Positions 17,401 through 27,228 are shown, counted from the stretch's first letter. The stretch: DNA of 46,447 nucleotides from Thiotrichaceae bacterium (GCA_011391085.1 JAABRD010000041.1:1-46447), one strand, 5' to 3'. Notes: generated by a model from the sequence alone, not told the origin. Program-made: numbers and translations.

Positions 17401-20051
17401 GTGGTGGTGAAGATACCGACACTGGTGCCGAGGGGACTGTCACTGGTGATGGTTTGATTAGACAAACTCAAGTCAGTGGGTGGATGGTTGTCCGCGGAGG
17501 AGACCACTTTGAGGGTAAATTCCTTGTCAAAGGAAAGACCGCCATAATCCGTCGTGCGAATCTTAACAGAATAAACACCTGCCACTAACTGAGAACTGTC
17601 TGCCACTTGCAAGGCATCACCATACAGGGCCAAACGGGTCTCGGTGTCGTCCACCAAACTGTAGGTGTGGTAGTCTCCCACATCTGCATCGGTTGTTGTC
17701 AAAGTGCCAATAACCGTCCCAAAATCGATGGGTAACGTGAGGGTGTCATTGGTCAAACTTATATCGGTGGGTGGATGATTCACCGGTTCGCCGGTGCCAC
17801 TGTCTTGGACATGAATCGTCAATTCTTTGTCAAAGGAGAGAGTGCCCGTGTCCGTCGTGCGAATCTTAACAGAGTAATCTCCGGTCACTAACTGAGAACT
17901 GTCTGCCACTTGCAAGGTGTCCCCTGAGATAGCAAAGCGCGTCTCTCCCTCCTCTACAAAAGTGTAGGTGTGCGAGTCTCCCACATCCTCATCAGTCGTA
18001 GTCAACGTACCCATTGCCAGACCCGTTTCTATCGGCAATGTGACCGTATCATTGGACAGGGTGAGGTCGGTTGGAGAATGATTGGTAGTGGGTTCGGTGG
18101 TAGTAGCAGTCAGGTGAATGGCCAACTCTTTCTCAAAGGTGAGACCACCTGCATCTGTCGTGCGAATTTTGATGGAATAATCACCTGCCACCACTTGAGA
18201 ATTATCTGCCACTTGCAAAGCATCACCCGTGATAGCAAATCGGGTTTCACCCTCCTCCACAAAAGTGTAGGTATGAAAGTCTCCCGCATCGGCATCCGTT
18301 GTCGTGAAAGTGCCTATCACCGTTCCTGTTTCGACTGGTAAAGTGACGGTATTGTTGGACAACGACAGGTCGGCAGGTGGCTGATTCACAGTCGGTTCTT
18401 CCACTGTCTCATTGGGTAACAGGTGAATGGTGAACGACACGTCCTTGGATAATCCGCCGTAGTCGGTGGTACGAATCTTGACGGTATAGTTTCCCGCCGT
18501 CAATTCTGAATCAGCGACTAGCAAGGTGTCGCTGTACAGGCTGAACCGACTTTCGGTTTCGTCGACAAATGAGTAAGTGTGATAATCTCCTTCATCCACA
18601 TCGGTGGTGGTCAACGTTCCAATGATAGTGCTAGAGTCCACGGGCAAGGTGACGGTGGCATTCGACAGGGTGATTTGGGTGGGCGGATGATTGACGGGGG
18701 TGACGGTAATCGTAAAGACGGTCACATCTCCAAGCGGATTGCCTTGACTGTCGATGGCTTGCGCCAAAATTTGGTAGAGGGGTTGAACACTGGCTTTTGG
18801 TAGGGCACTACCGGCCACTTGTAAGTCCTTTTTGACCACTTTAAAATGTCCTTCGCCATTGTCTGTTAAAGTGATAGAATAGTCTCGGCTAGGTGGCGGG
18901 TTGAGGGAAAAAGTACCTACCACAGTGTTTTGAGGACTGTCTTCTGGCACTTCCACATCGGATAACTCTAGGGTGGTGAGGCAATCGTCACAGGTGGTTA
19001 TGGCTTGAACGCGAAAGCCTTTGGGCAAACTGGCGATTTCTTCACCTGTGATGACAAAGACATCGCGTTCACCTAGCAAGGCGGTTTCGCTGATTTCCAG
19101 AACCGCTTGTAAGGAGGTTTCGGAGGTGATTTCTAACAATTTGATTTCAACACCGTTGCCGGAAAATTTGAGGAAGCTGTCGTCGGTCTTAAAATGAGTG
19201 TCGGTACCCTCCACCGCGAGTACCACCATCTCCTTGAGGGCCCCTTGAGAGGGAGTGAGGCTGGTCAGCACCGGTTGAACCTTGGTAGGAATCACCAAGA
19301 GTCCTTGTGGTTCAGACACCATCTCATCGTTGGTGAAAATGACCGCGTCGTGAAATCCTGTAGGGACGGTACTATCTATTTGCAGTTGCATTTTCAAATG
19401 CGTGGCACTGAGTCCGTCTTGAATCGAGGTCCCCGTGATTCCGTCCCCAAAATACGTTTCGAAAAGGGTATTGAAATGGGTACCGCTTCCATAAATCTCT
19501 ATCTCTTGTGGCGTGGTGGAGGGCGTTAAACGGCTAGGATTGATACTGAGGATTTGAGGCGCGGTAGAGGCTTCTACCACTTCTAGCAAACAGGCGCCCT
19601 GTACCGTTTTAGAAGAGGTTTTGACTACTACATCATAAATGTCCATGGCCGTGGTGGCCGGCACTGTGACATTAACTTGTACCTGAGAAGGAGGTAACAC
19701 CGTGGTTTTATTAATCACCAAACTGCCAATTTGGACCGAACTCACCGTCGTGAAGTTGGCCCCAGGCGCGGTGAGTAGTAAATTGAATGTGCTGTCTTGT
19801 GGCACGGTAGCAGGCGTGGCGGCGATAATCACAGGAGTAGTGGAATTAGCGGAGATACTTTGACTGGCACACCAGACGGTGTCACCAGTCATTTTAGGAA
19901 TAGCCACACAGCTTCCACCAGATTTTTCTATGTCACGACACTCTTGTTCTGAAGTCACGACGGTAGCTTGAAGGAGAGAGGGGCAAGAATAGAATATCAG
20001 GAGACTCAGTATGAAACTGACGGGTTTCCAGAAAGTATGTTGGTGCATCAT
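14469..20051 (-). CDS. Giant secreted adhesin-like protein (1860 aa): signal peptide, 5 cadherin-like ~100-aa repeats, Ca-binding Asp-rich linker, Calx-beta domain, 3 Ig-like repeats, two tandem copies of the shared C-terminal domain
   Basis: MMHQHTFWKPVSFILSLLIFYSCPSLLQA signal. Cadherin-like repeats (NHPPTDLxLSNxTVTLPxxxGTVIGTLTTTDxDxGDxHTYxxVxE..RFxIxGDxLQVA..YSVKIRTTD). Calx-beta (TIDYTITDGSALVGSDYY...DDQEVEGPETF). Ig-like repeats CQTDSTLALQP..LTLTPRxVGxT. C-terminal tails VDPSHVGQAA...YVGYRLxxGxxVFNGN. Confidence 0.9.
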   Translation of the reverse strand: MMHQHTFWKPVSFILSLLIFYSCPSLLQATVVTSEQECRDIEKSGGSCVAIPKMTGDTVWCASQSISANSTTPVIIAATPATVPQDSTFNLLLTAPGANFTTVSSVQIGSLVINKTTVLPPSQVQVNVTVPATTAMDIYDVVVKTSSKTVQGACLLEVVEASTAPQILSINPSRLTPSTTPQEIEIYGSGTHFNTLFETYFGDGITGTSIQDGLSATHLKMQLQIDSTVPTGFHDAVIFTNDEMVSEPQGLLVIPTKVQPVLTSLTPSQGALKEMVVLAVEGTDTHFKTDDSFLKFSGNGVEIKLLEITSETSLQAVLEISETALLGERDVFVITGEEIASLPKGFRVQAITTCDDCLTTLELSDVEVPEDSPQNTVVGTFSLNPPPSRDYSITLTDNGEGHFKVVKKDLQVAGSALPKASVQPLYQILAQAIDSQGNPLGDVTVFTITVTPVNHPPTQITLSNATVTLPVDSSTIIGTLTTTDVDEGDYHTYSFVDETESRFSLYSDTLLVADSELTAGNYTVKIRTTDYGGLSKDVSFTIHLLPNETVEEPTVNQPPADLSLSNNTVTLPVETGTVIGTFTTTDADAGDFHTYTFVEEGETRFAITGDALQVADNSQVVAGDYSIKIRTTDAGGLTFEKELAIHLTATTTEPTTNHSPTDLTLSNDTVTLPIETGLAMGTLTTTDEDVGDSHTYTFVEEGETRFAISGDTLQVADSSQLVTGDYSVKIRTTDTGTLSFDKELTIHVQDSGTGEPVNHPPTDISLTNDTLTLPIDFGTVIGTLTTTDADVGDYHTYSLVDDTETRLALYGDALQVADSSQLVAGVYSVKIRTTDYGGLSFDKEFTLKVVSSADNHPPTDLSLSNQTITSDSPLGTSVGIFTTTDEDPSDTHSYTLLEDASTYFVITGDLLQTAVDAPLAVGNYSLKVQVTDSGGLTFEKTITVDVVGNGEDQDQDGVLNYLEDAAPNGGDGNGDGVLDSQQGAVASLLLRNGQDYLTVAVKDARCVLQQVQVQTESAIPTSDADYDFPKDLISLELPCSTADLLLYYHGDSTLTSGLYRSYQASSSPQWQTLTQATLEATTVGGNPATLATVPLQDGGGGDDGNPDGRIVSLLGVTTEKPGQLQFGIDTLAVDEYGTQATLDNMTGSLITIPVTRTGSSRGTVTIDYTITDGSALVGSDYYVSAMTGTLTWADGETQPKSISILILDDQEVEGPETFSLQLSSPSGNVELGTPGEVVVTINDNEGQCTANETLALQPQSKTVILKETGESVTLTFTGGQGEVTIQQSPDVEVVMAALETSGEGGTQLTLTPVKAGQTQLILADCANSQAVVTVTVQPAEVTPPTPGEECQTDSTLALQPAHQDITLSEGEVPLTLAFSGGQEKRWLSKAPDGVVVTMQAPTFLENGGALVTLTPRKVGQTELAISDCASQATVSITVVKTDTGTDLECQTDSTLAMQPAQQEVILEMGEAPLTLAFTGGQSSRWLSQAPDGKVVTMSIPIFPDTGGAFLTLTPRAVGKTTLTLSDCASQATVKIQVTKPKTLAYYCEKANKTDGICQTPDRVNEVAETAMAKDAGGNLIGTTAYFFYPGTSLSADSTQKVVMSLFTDPAHVGQAANLLMAAKQIETGQWLKYDGKVWQPWDGLTLSDLVVVKEYPSLPAFLELSEELTPAKLLTRGTTLIYVGYRLVATGNLVFNGNLPLRVVGNNGVGISFDGQDVTTKAHFTGQLSTSSGQSGNDLAVAATAVVTANLNIQVDPSHVGQAATLAIVFSYGGQFFTYDASVSTSPVWRLWAGNLSQLAIANAFDSLPATVSKTLKLVTSEVIGELQPGGEVFLYVGYRLGNGTVIFNGNTPWHWWVTR

Positions 20052-20093
20052 AGGTATTGTGTTCCTTAATGGATGGTTGTGAATAGTTGTTGG

Positions 20094-20148
20094 GGTAGTG
20101 ATGCAATCTGGGTGATATGTTTACCCTCACCCAGATTACATCACTACC
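20094..20148. mobile_element. Minimal MITE family A copy (TIRs only, 55 bp)
   Basis: GGTAGTGATGCAATCTGGGTGATATGTTTACCCTCACCCAGATTACATCACTACC, located 43 bp upstream of the giant adhesin start codon. No TSD recognised. Confidence 0.7.
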
Positions 20149-20417
20149 CAAATCCCGTACTTTGTACTATTATGTAGTATAGCACATATTCAGTAAATAA
20201 AAAAGTGGGTGGCGCCTGAAAAATCCACTTCACGCAAGAATACTTTTGTGAACCCCTTGACGGTGGAATAAACCAGGAAGTATCATAGAGACTCTAAAAT
20301 ACAAGTAGCGGTCATGGTCTCAGTCCCAGCCACCCAAAAGTGTGGCTTTGCCAAGTGATAGATTGCGCCGTGAACTTGTTTATATTTGTCACTCTATCCG
20401 ATTTTTTCGCTATCCAG

Positions 20418-22427
20418 ATGATGACCAGCAAACCCATTATTTTAGTTGTTGACGATAACCAAACCAATTTAATTTTCTTAGGCGATGTGTTGCGAGATGC
20501 TTTTGAGGTGTTATTAGCCTCCACAGGCCATCAGGGTCTAAAGTTGGCCCAAGAATATCGCCCGGACTTGATTTTACTAGATATCACCATGCCAGAGTGG
20601 GATGGTTATGAAACTTGTAAACATCTTAAAGAAGATGTCAATTTGGCTAAAATTCCAGTCTTATTTCTGTCTGCCATTCATCGCCCAGAACATAAAATTC
20701 GGGCGTTTGAAGCCGGTGGGGTGGATTATGTGGAGAAACCTTTTCATGAACAGGAACTGTTGGCGCGAGTCAATACCCATGTCGAACTTTATCGTCTCCG
20801 CAAAGATTTAGAACGGGCCAAAGAAATGGCAGAAGCTGCCAGTTTGGCGAAGAGTCAATTTTTGGCCAATATGAGTCATGAATTGCGCACTCCTATGAAT
20901 GCGATTATTGGTTACAGCGAAATGCTACAAGAAGAGGCCGAAGAGTTAGGGTCATCCGAGTGTGTCAATGACCTTGATAAGGTGATTTCGGCGGGCAAGC
21001 ATTTGTTGGGACTGATTAATGATATTCTGGATTTGTCTAAAATTGAGTCGGGAAAGATGGAACTCTACCTGGAAAATTTTCAGATGGAACAACTGCTTTT
21101 GGAAATAGAGACGACTGTGCAACCGCTAGTGGAGAGTAAGTCGAATCAATTTTACCTTCGTATTATAAATTCTCTGGGAGAGGTGTACGCTGATTTAACG
21201 AAAACTCGTCAAGTCTTGCTAAACCTTCTTACGAATGCGATTAAATTCACGGAACAGGGTTCTATTCGGTTAGAAGTGAGGCGGAAAGTGGTAAATAACG
21301 TGGAGTGGATTTATTTTCGGATCAGTGACAACGGTATTGGGATGACCCCAGAACAGCAAAAGAAGTTATTTCAGCCGTTCACTCAAGTAGATGCTTCTAC
21401 TACCCGCCGCTTTGGGGGAACGGGATTGGGGTTAACCATTGTCAAAAAATTTCTGGACATGATGGGTGGCACTATCCATGTATCCAGCACTTTTGGACAA
21501 GGTAGCGCATTTACGGTGCATTTGCCCGTCATCGTGACCGAGGGGCAACGGCCGTTGTCTTCGCCAGAACCAGAACAGGTTCAAGGTATCATCTTGGTCA
21601 TTGATGATGACCAGGTGGTGCGTGAGTTAATTCAGGTCTATCTCAGTGACTTAGGCTATTCTGTGGCGTGTGCCGCAGATGGTAAGGAGGGCATGATGTT
21701 GGCGAAAAAACTCCGTCCTGATGCGATTATCCTGGACGTAATGATGCCCCAAATGGATGGTTGGGAAGTCTTATCGGGCTTGACCAATGATGCCCTCTTG
21801 TCTCATACGCCGGTCATAATGACTTCCTTTGAAGAAAATCTGAAAGAAGGGTCTGTCATGTTAGGTGCCACCGATTATCTTCCTAAACCGGTCAGTCGTC
21901 ATCAATTGGCCACCATTTTAGATAAGTATAAAATCGGTGACCCGTCTAAGAGTTTGGTGATGGTAGTGGAAGACAACGACATTCTTAGAAACGTGATGGC
22001 AGAAGTGTTAGAAGAAGAGGGGTGGCGTGTTTTTAAAGCCGAAAATGGTCAAGTGGCGTTAGAACATATCGATGATAAAAAACCTGCGCTGATTTTACTG
22101 GACCTCCACATGCCTGAGATGGATGGTTTTGAGTTTGTTACCCTTCTCCGCCAAAACGAAGCGTGGCGTCATATTCCCGTTATTGTGATTACCTCAGCCA
22201 ATTTAAGTAGTCAAGATCAAGCGCGTTTACATGGCTATGTAGAAAGTATTTTTCAGAAACAGACTTACAACCGTGAAGCCCTTCTGGACCGCGTTCGAGA
22301 ACTGATTAGTGTGGTCCCGCCGATTCGTTTGGAAGAACCGCGGAATCAGAATGTGTTCACAAAACGGTTGATGGAAAATTTGAGTAAGCGGGGTAAGTCA
22401 TTGTCGGATAGCGGTTTTAGTGGATAG
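20418..22427 (+). CDS. Soluble hybrid sensor histidine kinase/response regulator (REC - HisKA - HATPase_c - REC - REC)
   Basis: N-terminal receiver [11 protein letters not shown]...[12 protein letters not shown]-box [21 protein letters not shown] boxes [25 protein letters not shown]. Two C-terminal receivers ([34 protein letters not shown]). No TM segments. ATG chosen at 20418 rather than the ORF-caller start at 20340. Confidence 0.9.
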   Translation: MMTSKPIILVVDDNQTNLIFLGDVLRDAFEVLLASTGHQGLKLAQEYRPDLILLDITMPEWDGYETCKHLKEDVNLAKIPVLFLSAIHRPEHKIRAFEAGGVDYVEKPFHEQELLARVNTHVELYRLRKDLERAKEMAEAASLAKSQFLANMSHELRTPMNAIIGYSEMLQEEAEELGSSECVNDLDKVISAGKHLLGLINDILDLSKIESGKMELYLENFQMEQLLLEIETTVQPLVESKSNQFYLRIINSLGEVYADLTKTRQVLLNLLTNAIKFTEQGSIRLEVRRKVVNNVEWIYFRISDNGIGMTPEQQKKLFQPFTQVDASTTRRFGGTGLGLTIVKKFLDMMGGTIHVSSTFGQGSAFTVHLPVIVTEGQRPLSSPEPEQVQGIILVIDDDQVVRELIQVYLSDLGYSVACAADGKEGMMLAKKLRPDAIILDVMMPQMDGWEVLSGLTNDALLSHTPVIMTSFEENLKEGSVMLGATDYLPKPVSRHQLATILDKYKIGDPSKSLVMVVEDNDILRNVMAEVLEEEGWRVFKAENGQVALEHIDDKKPALILLDLHMPEMDGFEFVTLLRQNEAWRHIPVIVITSANLSSQDQARLHGYVESIFQKQTYNREALLDRVRELISVVPPIRLEEPRNQNVFTKRLMENLSKRGKSLSDSGFSG

Positions 22428-22429
22428 TG

Positions 22430-22503
22430 GGTAGGGTGCGTCCCACGCACCGATTAGGCGTGGTGCGTCTTTCCATAAGGTGCGTGGGACGCACCCTACC
22501 GGT
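22430..22503. terminator. Long GC-rich palindrome between convergent genes (putative bidirectional terminator / repeat element)
   Basis: GGGTAGGGTGCGTCCCACGCACC...GGTGCGTGGGACGCACCCTACC with ~22-bp perfect arms. A related half-motif lies at 5733-5755. Confidence 0.5.
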
Positions 22504-22523
22504 GACTCGGTGGCAAATTAAAC

Positions 22524-23489
22524 TTAACACAGCAACTTTGCCATATCATCCGTAGCTTCCACCAAGGCTGACAGCATTTCTGGTTCGCTAGTTAAATGTC
22601 CAGAGGTGGGTAACACACGCAACTGGGCCGCTGGCCACTCTTTTTCGACCCAATAAGAACTTTCTAGTGGACACATCAAATCACATTGGCCATGAACCAG
22701 AATGGCAGGAATATTGGCGACTTTGTTCACATCCTGTAACAGTTGATTTTCTTCCAAAAAACAATGATGAAACACATAATGGCATTCCAAACGTGACTCA
22801 TTTAGCAATTCTTGGGAACAGTCAGTAAGCGGTGGCAGTTGGCCAAAACTCACGACACAACCACCCCAGGTAGCCCAGGCCAGGGCCGCTTGTTTGGCCA
22901 AAGTATCATTGGACCCGGTCAAATGTTCATGATAAATAGCTAACGGATTATCCCAATGTCCTTCTTTGGGCATAAAACGCATGAAAGCCCGCCATTGTTT
23001 CGGAAAGAAGCGATTGACACCACCGTCACGATAAGACCAGTGAATATCCCGTTCTCTGGCTAAAAAGATACTACGTAAGACCAAGCCTGATACGGCTTCA
23101 GGATACTGTTGGGCGTATAAAAGACCCAAAGTAGCACCCCATGATCCACCAAATACTACCCAATTGGGAATCCCTAAGCGACTCCTCAAGAGTTCCAAAT
23201 CTTTTAGCAAATCCCAAGTGGTATTGTTCTGTAAACTCCCAGCGGGTGTGGAACGGCCGGCCCCCCGTTGATCAAATAACACCATTCGATAGATTTCTGG
23301 GTTGAATAAAGAACGATGATAAGGCTTACAAGAACCGCCCGGGCCGCCATGTAAAAACACCACTGGCAGACCATTAGGGTTGCCAGATTCTTCTACATAT
23401 AAGACGTGCCCTTGTCCAACGGGGACCGAGTGGATGGCATACGGTTCTATGTCAGGATAAAGACGAGTTGTTGAGGTCATTGTATTCAT
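22524..23489 (-). CDS. pip: Proline iminopeptidase (prolyl aminopeptidase, alpha/beta-hydrolase S33)
   Basis: MNTMTSTTRLYPDIEPY...VVFLHGGPGGS...GGSWGATLGLLYAQQYPE, which matches the PIP N-terminus and the GxSxG nucleophile elbow. The start was set at the internal Met (23489) rather than the ORF-caller start at 23558. Confidence 0.85.
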   Translation of the reverse strand: MNTMTSTTRLYPDIEPYAIHSVPVGQGHVLYVEESGNPNGLPVVFLHGGPGGSCKPYHRSLFNPEIYRMVLFDQRGAGRSTPAGSLQNNTTWDLLKDLELLRSRLGIPNWVVFGGSWGATLGLLYAQQYPEAVSGLVLRSIFLARERDIHWSYRDGGVNRFFPKQWRAFMRFMPKEGHWDNPLAIYHEHLTGSNDTLAKQAALAWATWGGCVVSFGQLPPLTDCSQELLNESRLECHYVFHHCFLEENQLLQDVNKVANIPAILVHGQCDLMCPLESSYWVEKEWPAAQLRVLPTSGHLTSEPEMLSALVEATDDMAKLLC

Positions 23490-24161
23490 GATAAGTTCTC
23501 CCACCGAATATGGGACCTGCTTTTCTAAGTTGTCAATCTTTAAAAAAGCGAAAGTCATGGTTTATTGGCTGTCATCAGATCATGTCAGCCAGACTATAGG
23601 TGTCTTTCGAATTTGTCCACACCACACGATGACACTGATGAATTGAAGTACATGCAAAATTGACCAGACGTAGGTGGAGGACTTGAACATTATCATGCAA
23701 ATGCCAGGCCAGATGCCCCACTGGATTAAGATTATAGTGACTCTTGATACCCCCCTAACTCCTTCTGAGGTAGTCCAATATGGAGTGCCACGCACCAGCG
23801 TGCCCGGTGGTGGGTGGTGTTGACTGGAATAAGATAGGTTTCTCGTTTCGGGTCGGAATTTGGTGCGTCCACACGGCGTTTCTCCAATTTTTGAAGGCGG
23901 AACCAAACGCCTCTCGTAATTTGGATAATTCTTCACTTGGAATGGTTTCAGAATGGTTAGACCAGACAGTTATGACATGTTGCACCCGTTCACTTACCTC
24001 GGTGGATTGACGTTCTACCCGATACAGATAGTTAAGCATTTGAGCCACGGCGGGCATTGCCAGGAAAATTGGTAGTCCTTGCAATTTAGTGGAGGTGTGC
24101 TAAACTAGCTAAACTAAGGTTAATAATTTCACTTTAATTGTAGCATTGTTATGCAATAAGT

Positions 24162-24317
24162 ATGTCCAAGAAACTGAAATGTGAAACTAGACTTTTTTGT
24201 CCAGATACTGAATGTAAACATTACCAAAAAACGGACAACAAAGTCACTAAAGATGGTTTTTATACGACAACACACGACAAACAATACAGTTTCATAAGAG
24301 TTTGCGTCAAAATTTGA
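24162..24317 (+). pseudogene. Possible transposase N-terminal zinc-ribbon fragment (IS1595/ISXO2-like), truncated
   Basis: A 51-aa ORF, MSKKLKCETRLFCPDTECKHYQKTDNKVTKDGFYTTTHDKQY..., resembles the KNGFY..K.GK.QRY Zn-ribbon N-terminus of IS1595-type transposases. No catalytic domain follows. AT-rich surroundings next to a tRNA gene. Confidence 0.3.
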
Positions 24318-24648
24318 ATAATCACGCCGATAAGTTCAACAAACATTATCAACAGTGTACCCCCGCCATGAAGATGGCATTGACCACAGACCCGCTGTCA
24401 TGGCGATTTTTGTTCACGGTCCCGATTCTCGTAACACGTTGATTTTTAACGCCTCCATTACTTTGTAGGGACTACCAGTTATTCAGCGGGAATCGAGTTT
24501 CTTTAAGAGTTACGATGCCCCCGTTTTAAACCGAATATAGACTGGCATGGTGAAGAAACAAACTGGGATAAACTTCTAAAAGGGGGAAATCTTTTGTAGC
24601 GTATGGTGTATAAACCATATTATAATACTTAGGTAGGAAAGAAAATCA

Positions 24649-24732
24649 TACCGAGAAGAGGACTTGAACCTCCACAGGGTTGCCCCCACTAGCACCTGAA
24701 GCTAGCGCGTCTACCAATTCCGCCATCTCGGC
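24649..24732 (-). tRNA. tRNA-Leu (anticodon CAG), type II with long variable arm
   Basis: Reverse complement GCCGAGATGGCGGAATTGGTAGACGCGCTAGCTTCAGGTGCTAGTGGGGGCAACCCTGTGGAGGTTCAAGTCCTCTTCTCGGTA. It folds as a 7-bp acceptor stem (G1-U72 wobble), 3-bp D stem, anticodon loop UUCAGGU, 16-nt variable arm and GGTTCAAGTCC T-arm. No encoded CCA. Confidence 0.85.
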
Positions 24733-24863
24733 TTAATAAAAACATCACATCACTCCTTTTACGGATTTATGACGTGCAATAAGCTACCCTTATAAGATAG
24801 TTCCGCACCCCAGACTTTTCAAGAGGGCGCTTTTATTTTTTTCTATCCAAAATGTTATTTGTC

Positions 24864-27056
24864 ATGAGTCATAAGAAAAAATCCCCAGCCGCAGACCCCT
24901 TTGCACAGCGCGAGGCGCAAAAATACGATAATCCTATTTCTAGTAGAGAATTTATCATGCTACAGCTTGACGCTGTTGGCAAACCCATGAATTTTCAAGG
25001 CCTAGCCAAAGCTTTAAATATCCAAGGCGCCAAAGATTCAGAAGCCTTACGCCGTCGTTTGGCGGCAATGGAACGGGATGGCCAGTTAGTACGCAATCGC
25101 CGTAATCAATACGGACTCGCCAAAAAAATGGACTTAGTCCGCGGACGCATTATCGCCCATCCCAGTGGCTATGGCTTCCTCGTTCCCGACGAGGGCACAG
25201 GCGACCTCTTCCTCTCCGAAAAAGAAATGCGTAGCCTCATGCACGGCGACCGCGTTCTGGTCAACCTCCTTGGCATCGACCATCGGGGCCGCCGAGAAGG
25301 GGCCCTGGTGGAAGTCTTAGAACGCAACACGCATCAAATCGTAGGACGCTTCAACTACCGCAAAAGTCAAGGCATCTCTTTTGTCAAATCGGATAATGCT
25401 AGAATCCGTCACACCATTCTCGTCGACAATAAGAAACGACATCACGCCAGAGATGGTCAAATGGTCGTGGTCAAAATTGTCGAACATCCAACCCCCTACA
25501 ATCCCCCCGTGGGCGAAATCATTGAAGTTCTCGGCGACTACCGGGCCCCTGGGATGGAAATCGACATTGCCATTCGTAGCCACGATTTACCTCATCAATG
25601 GGAACCTGAAGTCTTAGCGGAAACTACCCAATTTGCTGAAAAAATTCCCAAATCTCTCCTCCAAGGACGCGAAGACCTTCGTCATCTCCCCTTTGTCACC
25701 ATCGATGGCGAAGACGCCCATGACTTTGACGATGCCGTTTATTGCGAACCCAAAGGCAAAGGATGGCTCCTCCGCGTCGCCATTGCCGACGTCTCGGCCT
25801 ATGTCAAACCCGATTCTGCGATCGATGTAGAAGCGAAAAAACGTGGTAACTCCGTCTATTTTCCGGCGCGGATGATACCGATGTTACCAGAAATTCTCGC
25901 TACCAAACTTTGTTCTCTCCAACCCCAGGTGGACCGCCTCTGCCTCGTCTGCGAACTCTCTATCGATTTCTACGGTAGAACCAGACGCATTCACTACTCG
26001 GAAGCCACTATTCGATCCGCGGCCCGCCTCACTTACACCGAAGTTGCCGACGTCCTGGCCGGCCATGAACAAAATTTCCGTTCCCCCGACCTCCTCCCCT
26101 GTATTCGCCATCTCTACAACCTCTATCAACTCCTCCTCAAACGTCGCAAAAAACGCGGCGCCATTGATTTTGAAACGGTTGAAACACGCATTATTTTCAA
26201 TGACCAACAAAAAATTGAAAAAATCGTCCCCGTGCATCGCAATGACGCCCATAAACTGATTGAAGAAATGATGTTAGCTGCCAACGTTGCCACCGCCGAA
26301 TGGCTAACCGCGAAAGAGATGCTACTATTATATCGTGTTCACGACGGCCCGAAACCCGATAAACTCCCCGATTTACGCGCTTTTCTCGCCCAACTCGGTC
26401 TCAACCTGGGAAGAAAAGAACAACCCGAAGCCAAACACTATGCCAAGGTGGTTGAAAAAATTCAAGAACGTCCCGACGCCCGCATGATTCAAACCGTCCT
26501 ACTTAGGAGTCTCCAACTGGCTATTTATAGTCCTGAGAAAAAAGGCCACTTCGGTTTGTCCTATCCCATTTACACCCACTTCACTTCTCCGATTCGGCGC
26601 TACCCTGACCTCCTGGTACATCGTGCCATTCGCCACTGTTTACGGAATCTGCCACCCGAACAGTTTGCCTATTCTTACCACGATATGCAGCAACTGGGAG
26701 AACAATGTTCCATGACGGAACGCCGGGCCGACGAAGCTACCCGCGACGCCGTGGGCTGGCTGAAATGCGAATTTATGCAAGACAAAGTGGGACAACACTT
26801 TGAAGGCACCGTCACCGCAGTCACCTCCTTTGGCCTGTTTGTAGAACTTGACGGCATCTTTGTCGAAGGTCTCATTCACGTTGCTACCTTACGAAATGAT
26901 TACTATCATTTTGACCCCGTGAATCAACGACTTCAGGGGGAACACACTGGTATGGCTTACCGCCTTTCAGACCGCGTCCAAGTCAAAGTCATGGCAGTTC
27001 ATCTGGAAGAAAAGAAGATTGATTTTGAACTGGTTGGGAATCCTAAACCAGGATAG
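24864..27056 (+). CDS. rnr: Ribonuclease R (RNase II family 3'-5' exoribonuclease; CSD - RNB - S1)
   Basis: The N-terminus ...DPFAQREAQKYDNPISSREFI matches E. coli RNase R (DPFQEREAEKYANPIPSREFI). RNB motifs LPFVTIDGEDAHDFDDAV, HFGLSYPIYTHFTSPIRRYPDL. C-terminal S1 domain. Confidence 0.93.
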   Translation: MSHKKKSPAADPFAQREAQKYDNPISSREFIMLQLDAVGKPMNFQGLAKALNIQGAKDSEALRRRLAAMERDGQLVRNRRNQYGLAKKMDLVRGRIIAHPSGYGFLVPDEGTGDLFLSEKEMRSLMHGDRVLVNLLGIDHRGRREGALVEVLERNTHQIVGRFNYRKSQGISFVKSDNARIRHTILVDNKKRHHARDGQMVVVKIVEHPTPYNPPVGEIIEVLGDYRAPGMEIDIAIRSHDLPHQWEPEVLAETTQFAEKIPKSLLQGREDLRHLPFVTIDGEDAHDFDDAVYCEPKGKGWLLRVAIADVSAYVKPDSAIDVEAKKRGNSVYFPARMIPMLPEILATKLCSLQPQVDRLCLVCELSIDFYGRTRRIHYSEATIRSAARLTYTEVADVLAGHEQNFRSPDLLPCIRHLYNLYQLLLKRRKKRGAIDFETVETRIIFNDQQKIEKIVPVHRNDAHKLIEEMMLAANVATAEWLTAKEMLLLYRVHDGPKPDKLPDLRAFLAQLGLNLGRKEQPEAKHYAKVVEKIQERPDARMIQTVLLRSLQLAIYSPEKKGHFGLSYPIYTHFTSPIRRYPDLLVHRAIRHCLRNLPPEQFAYSYHDMQQLGEQCSMTERRADEATRDAVGWLKCEFMQDKVGQHFEGTVTAVTSFGLFVELDGIFVEGLIHVATLRNDYYHFDPVNQRLQGEHTGMAYRLSDRVQVKVMAVHLEEKKIDFELVGNPKPG

Positions 27057-27080
27057 AAATACAACGACTAGGTCAAACTG

Positions 27081-27206
27081 TAGGGTGGATTAAGCGAAGC
27101 GTATCCACCTACGGGTCTTAATCCACCCTACTCAAATGGTGGATACGCTTCGCTTAATCCACCCTACTCAAATGGTGGATACGCTTCGCTTAATCCACCC
27201 TACTCA
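27081..27206. repeat. Palindrome plus 2x tandem 36-bp repeat (AATGGTGGATACGCTTCGCTTAATCCACCCTACTCA) immediately upstream of the vault-protein gene
   Basis: An inverted copy (TAGGGTGGATTAAGCGAAGCGTATCCACC) is followed by two direct 36-bp units. This creates a spurious in-frame N-terminal extension (MVDTLRLIHPTQ x2) of the following ORF. Confidence 0.8.
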
Positions 27207-27228
27207 CTATTATTCACCATTCACCAAT

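Noticed and set aside
23580-24084. Overlapping ORFs 23580..23936 (-), 23755..24084 (-), 23780..24010 (+)
   Set aside because: Mutually exclusive, with no recognisable motifs or RBS, in an AT-rich spacer next to the tRNA. Too weak to call as CDS.
27136-27228. N-terminal extension of the MVP ORF (MVDTLRLIHPTQ repeated)
   Set aside because: Encoded by the 36-bp tandem repeat. Eukaryotic-MVP-like sequence begins at Met 27229.
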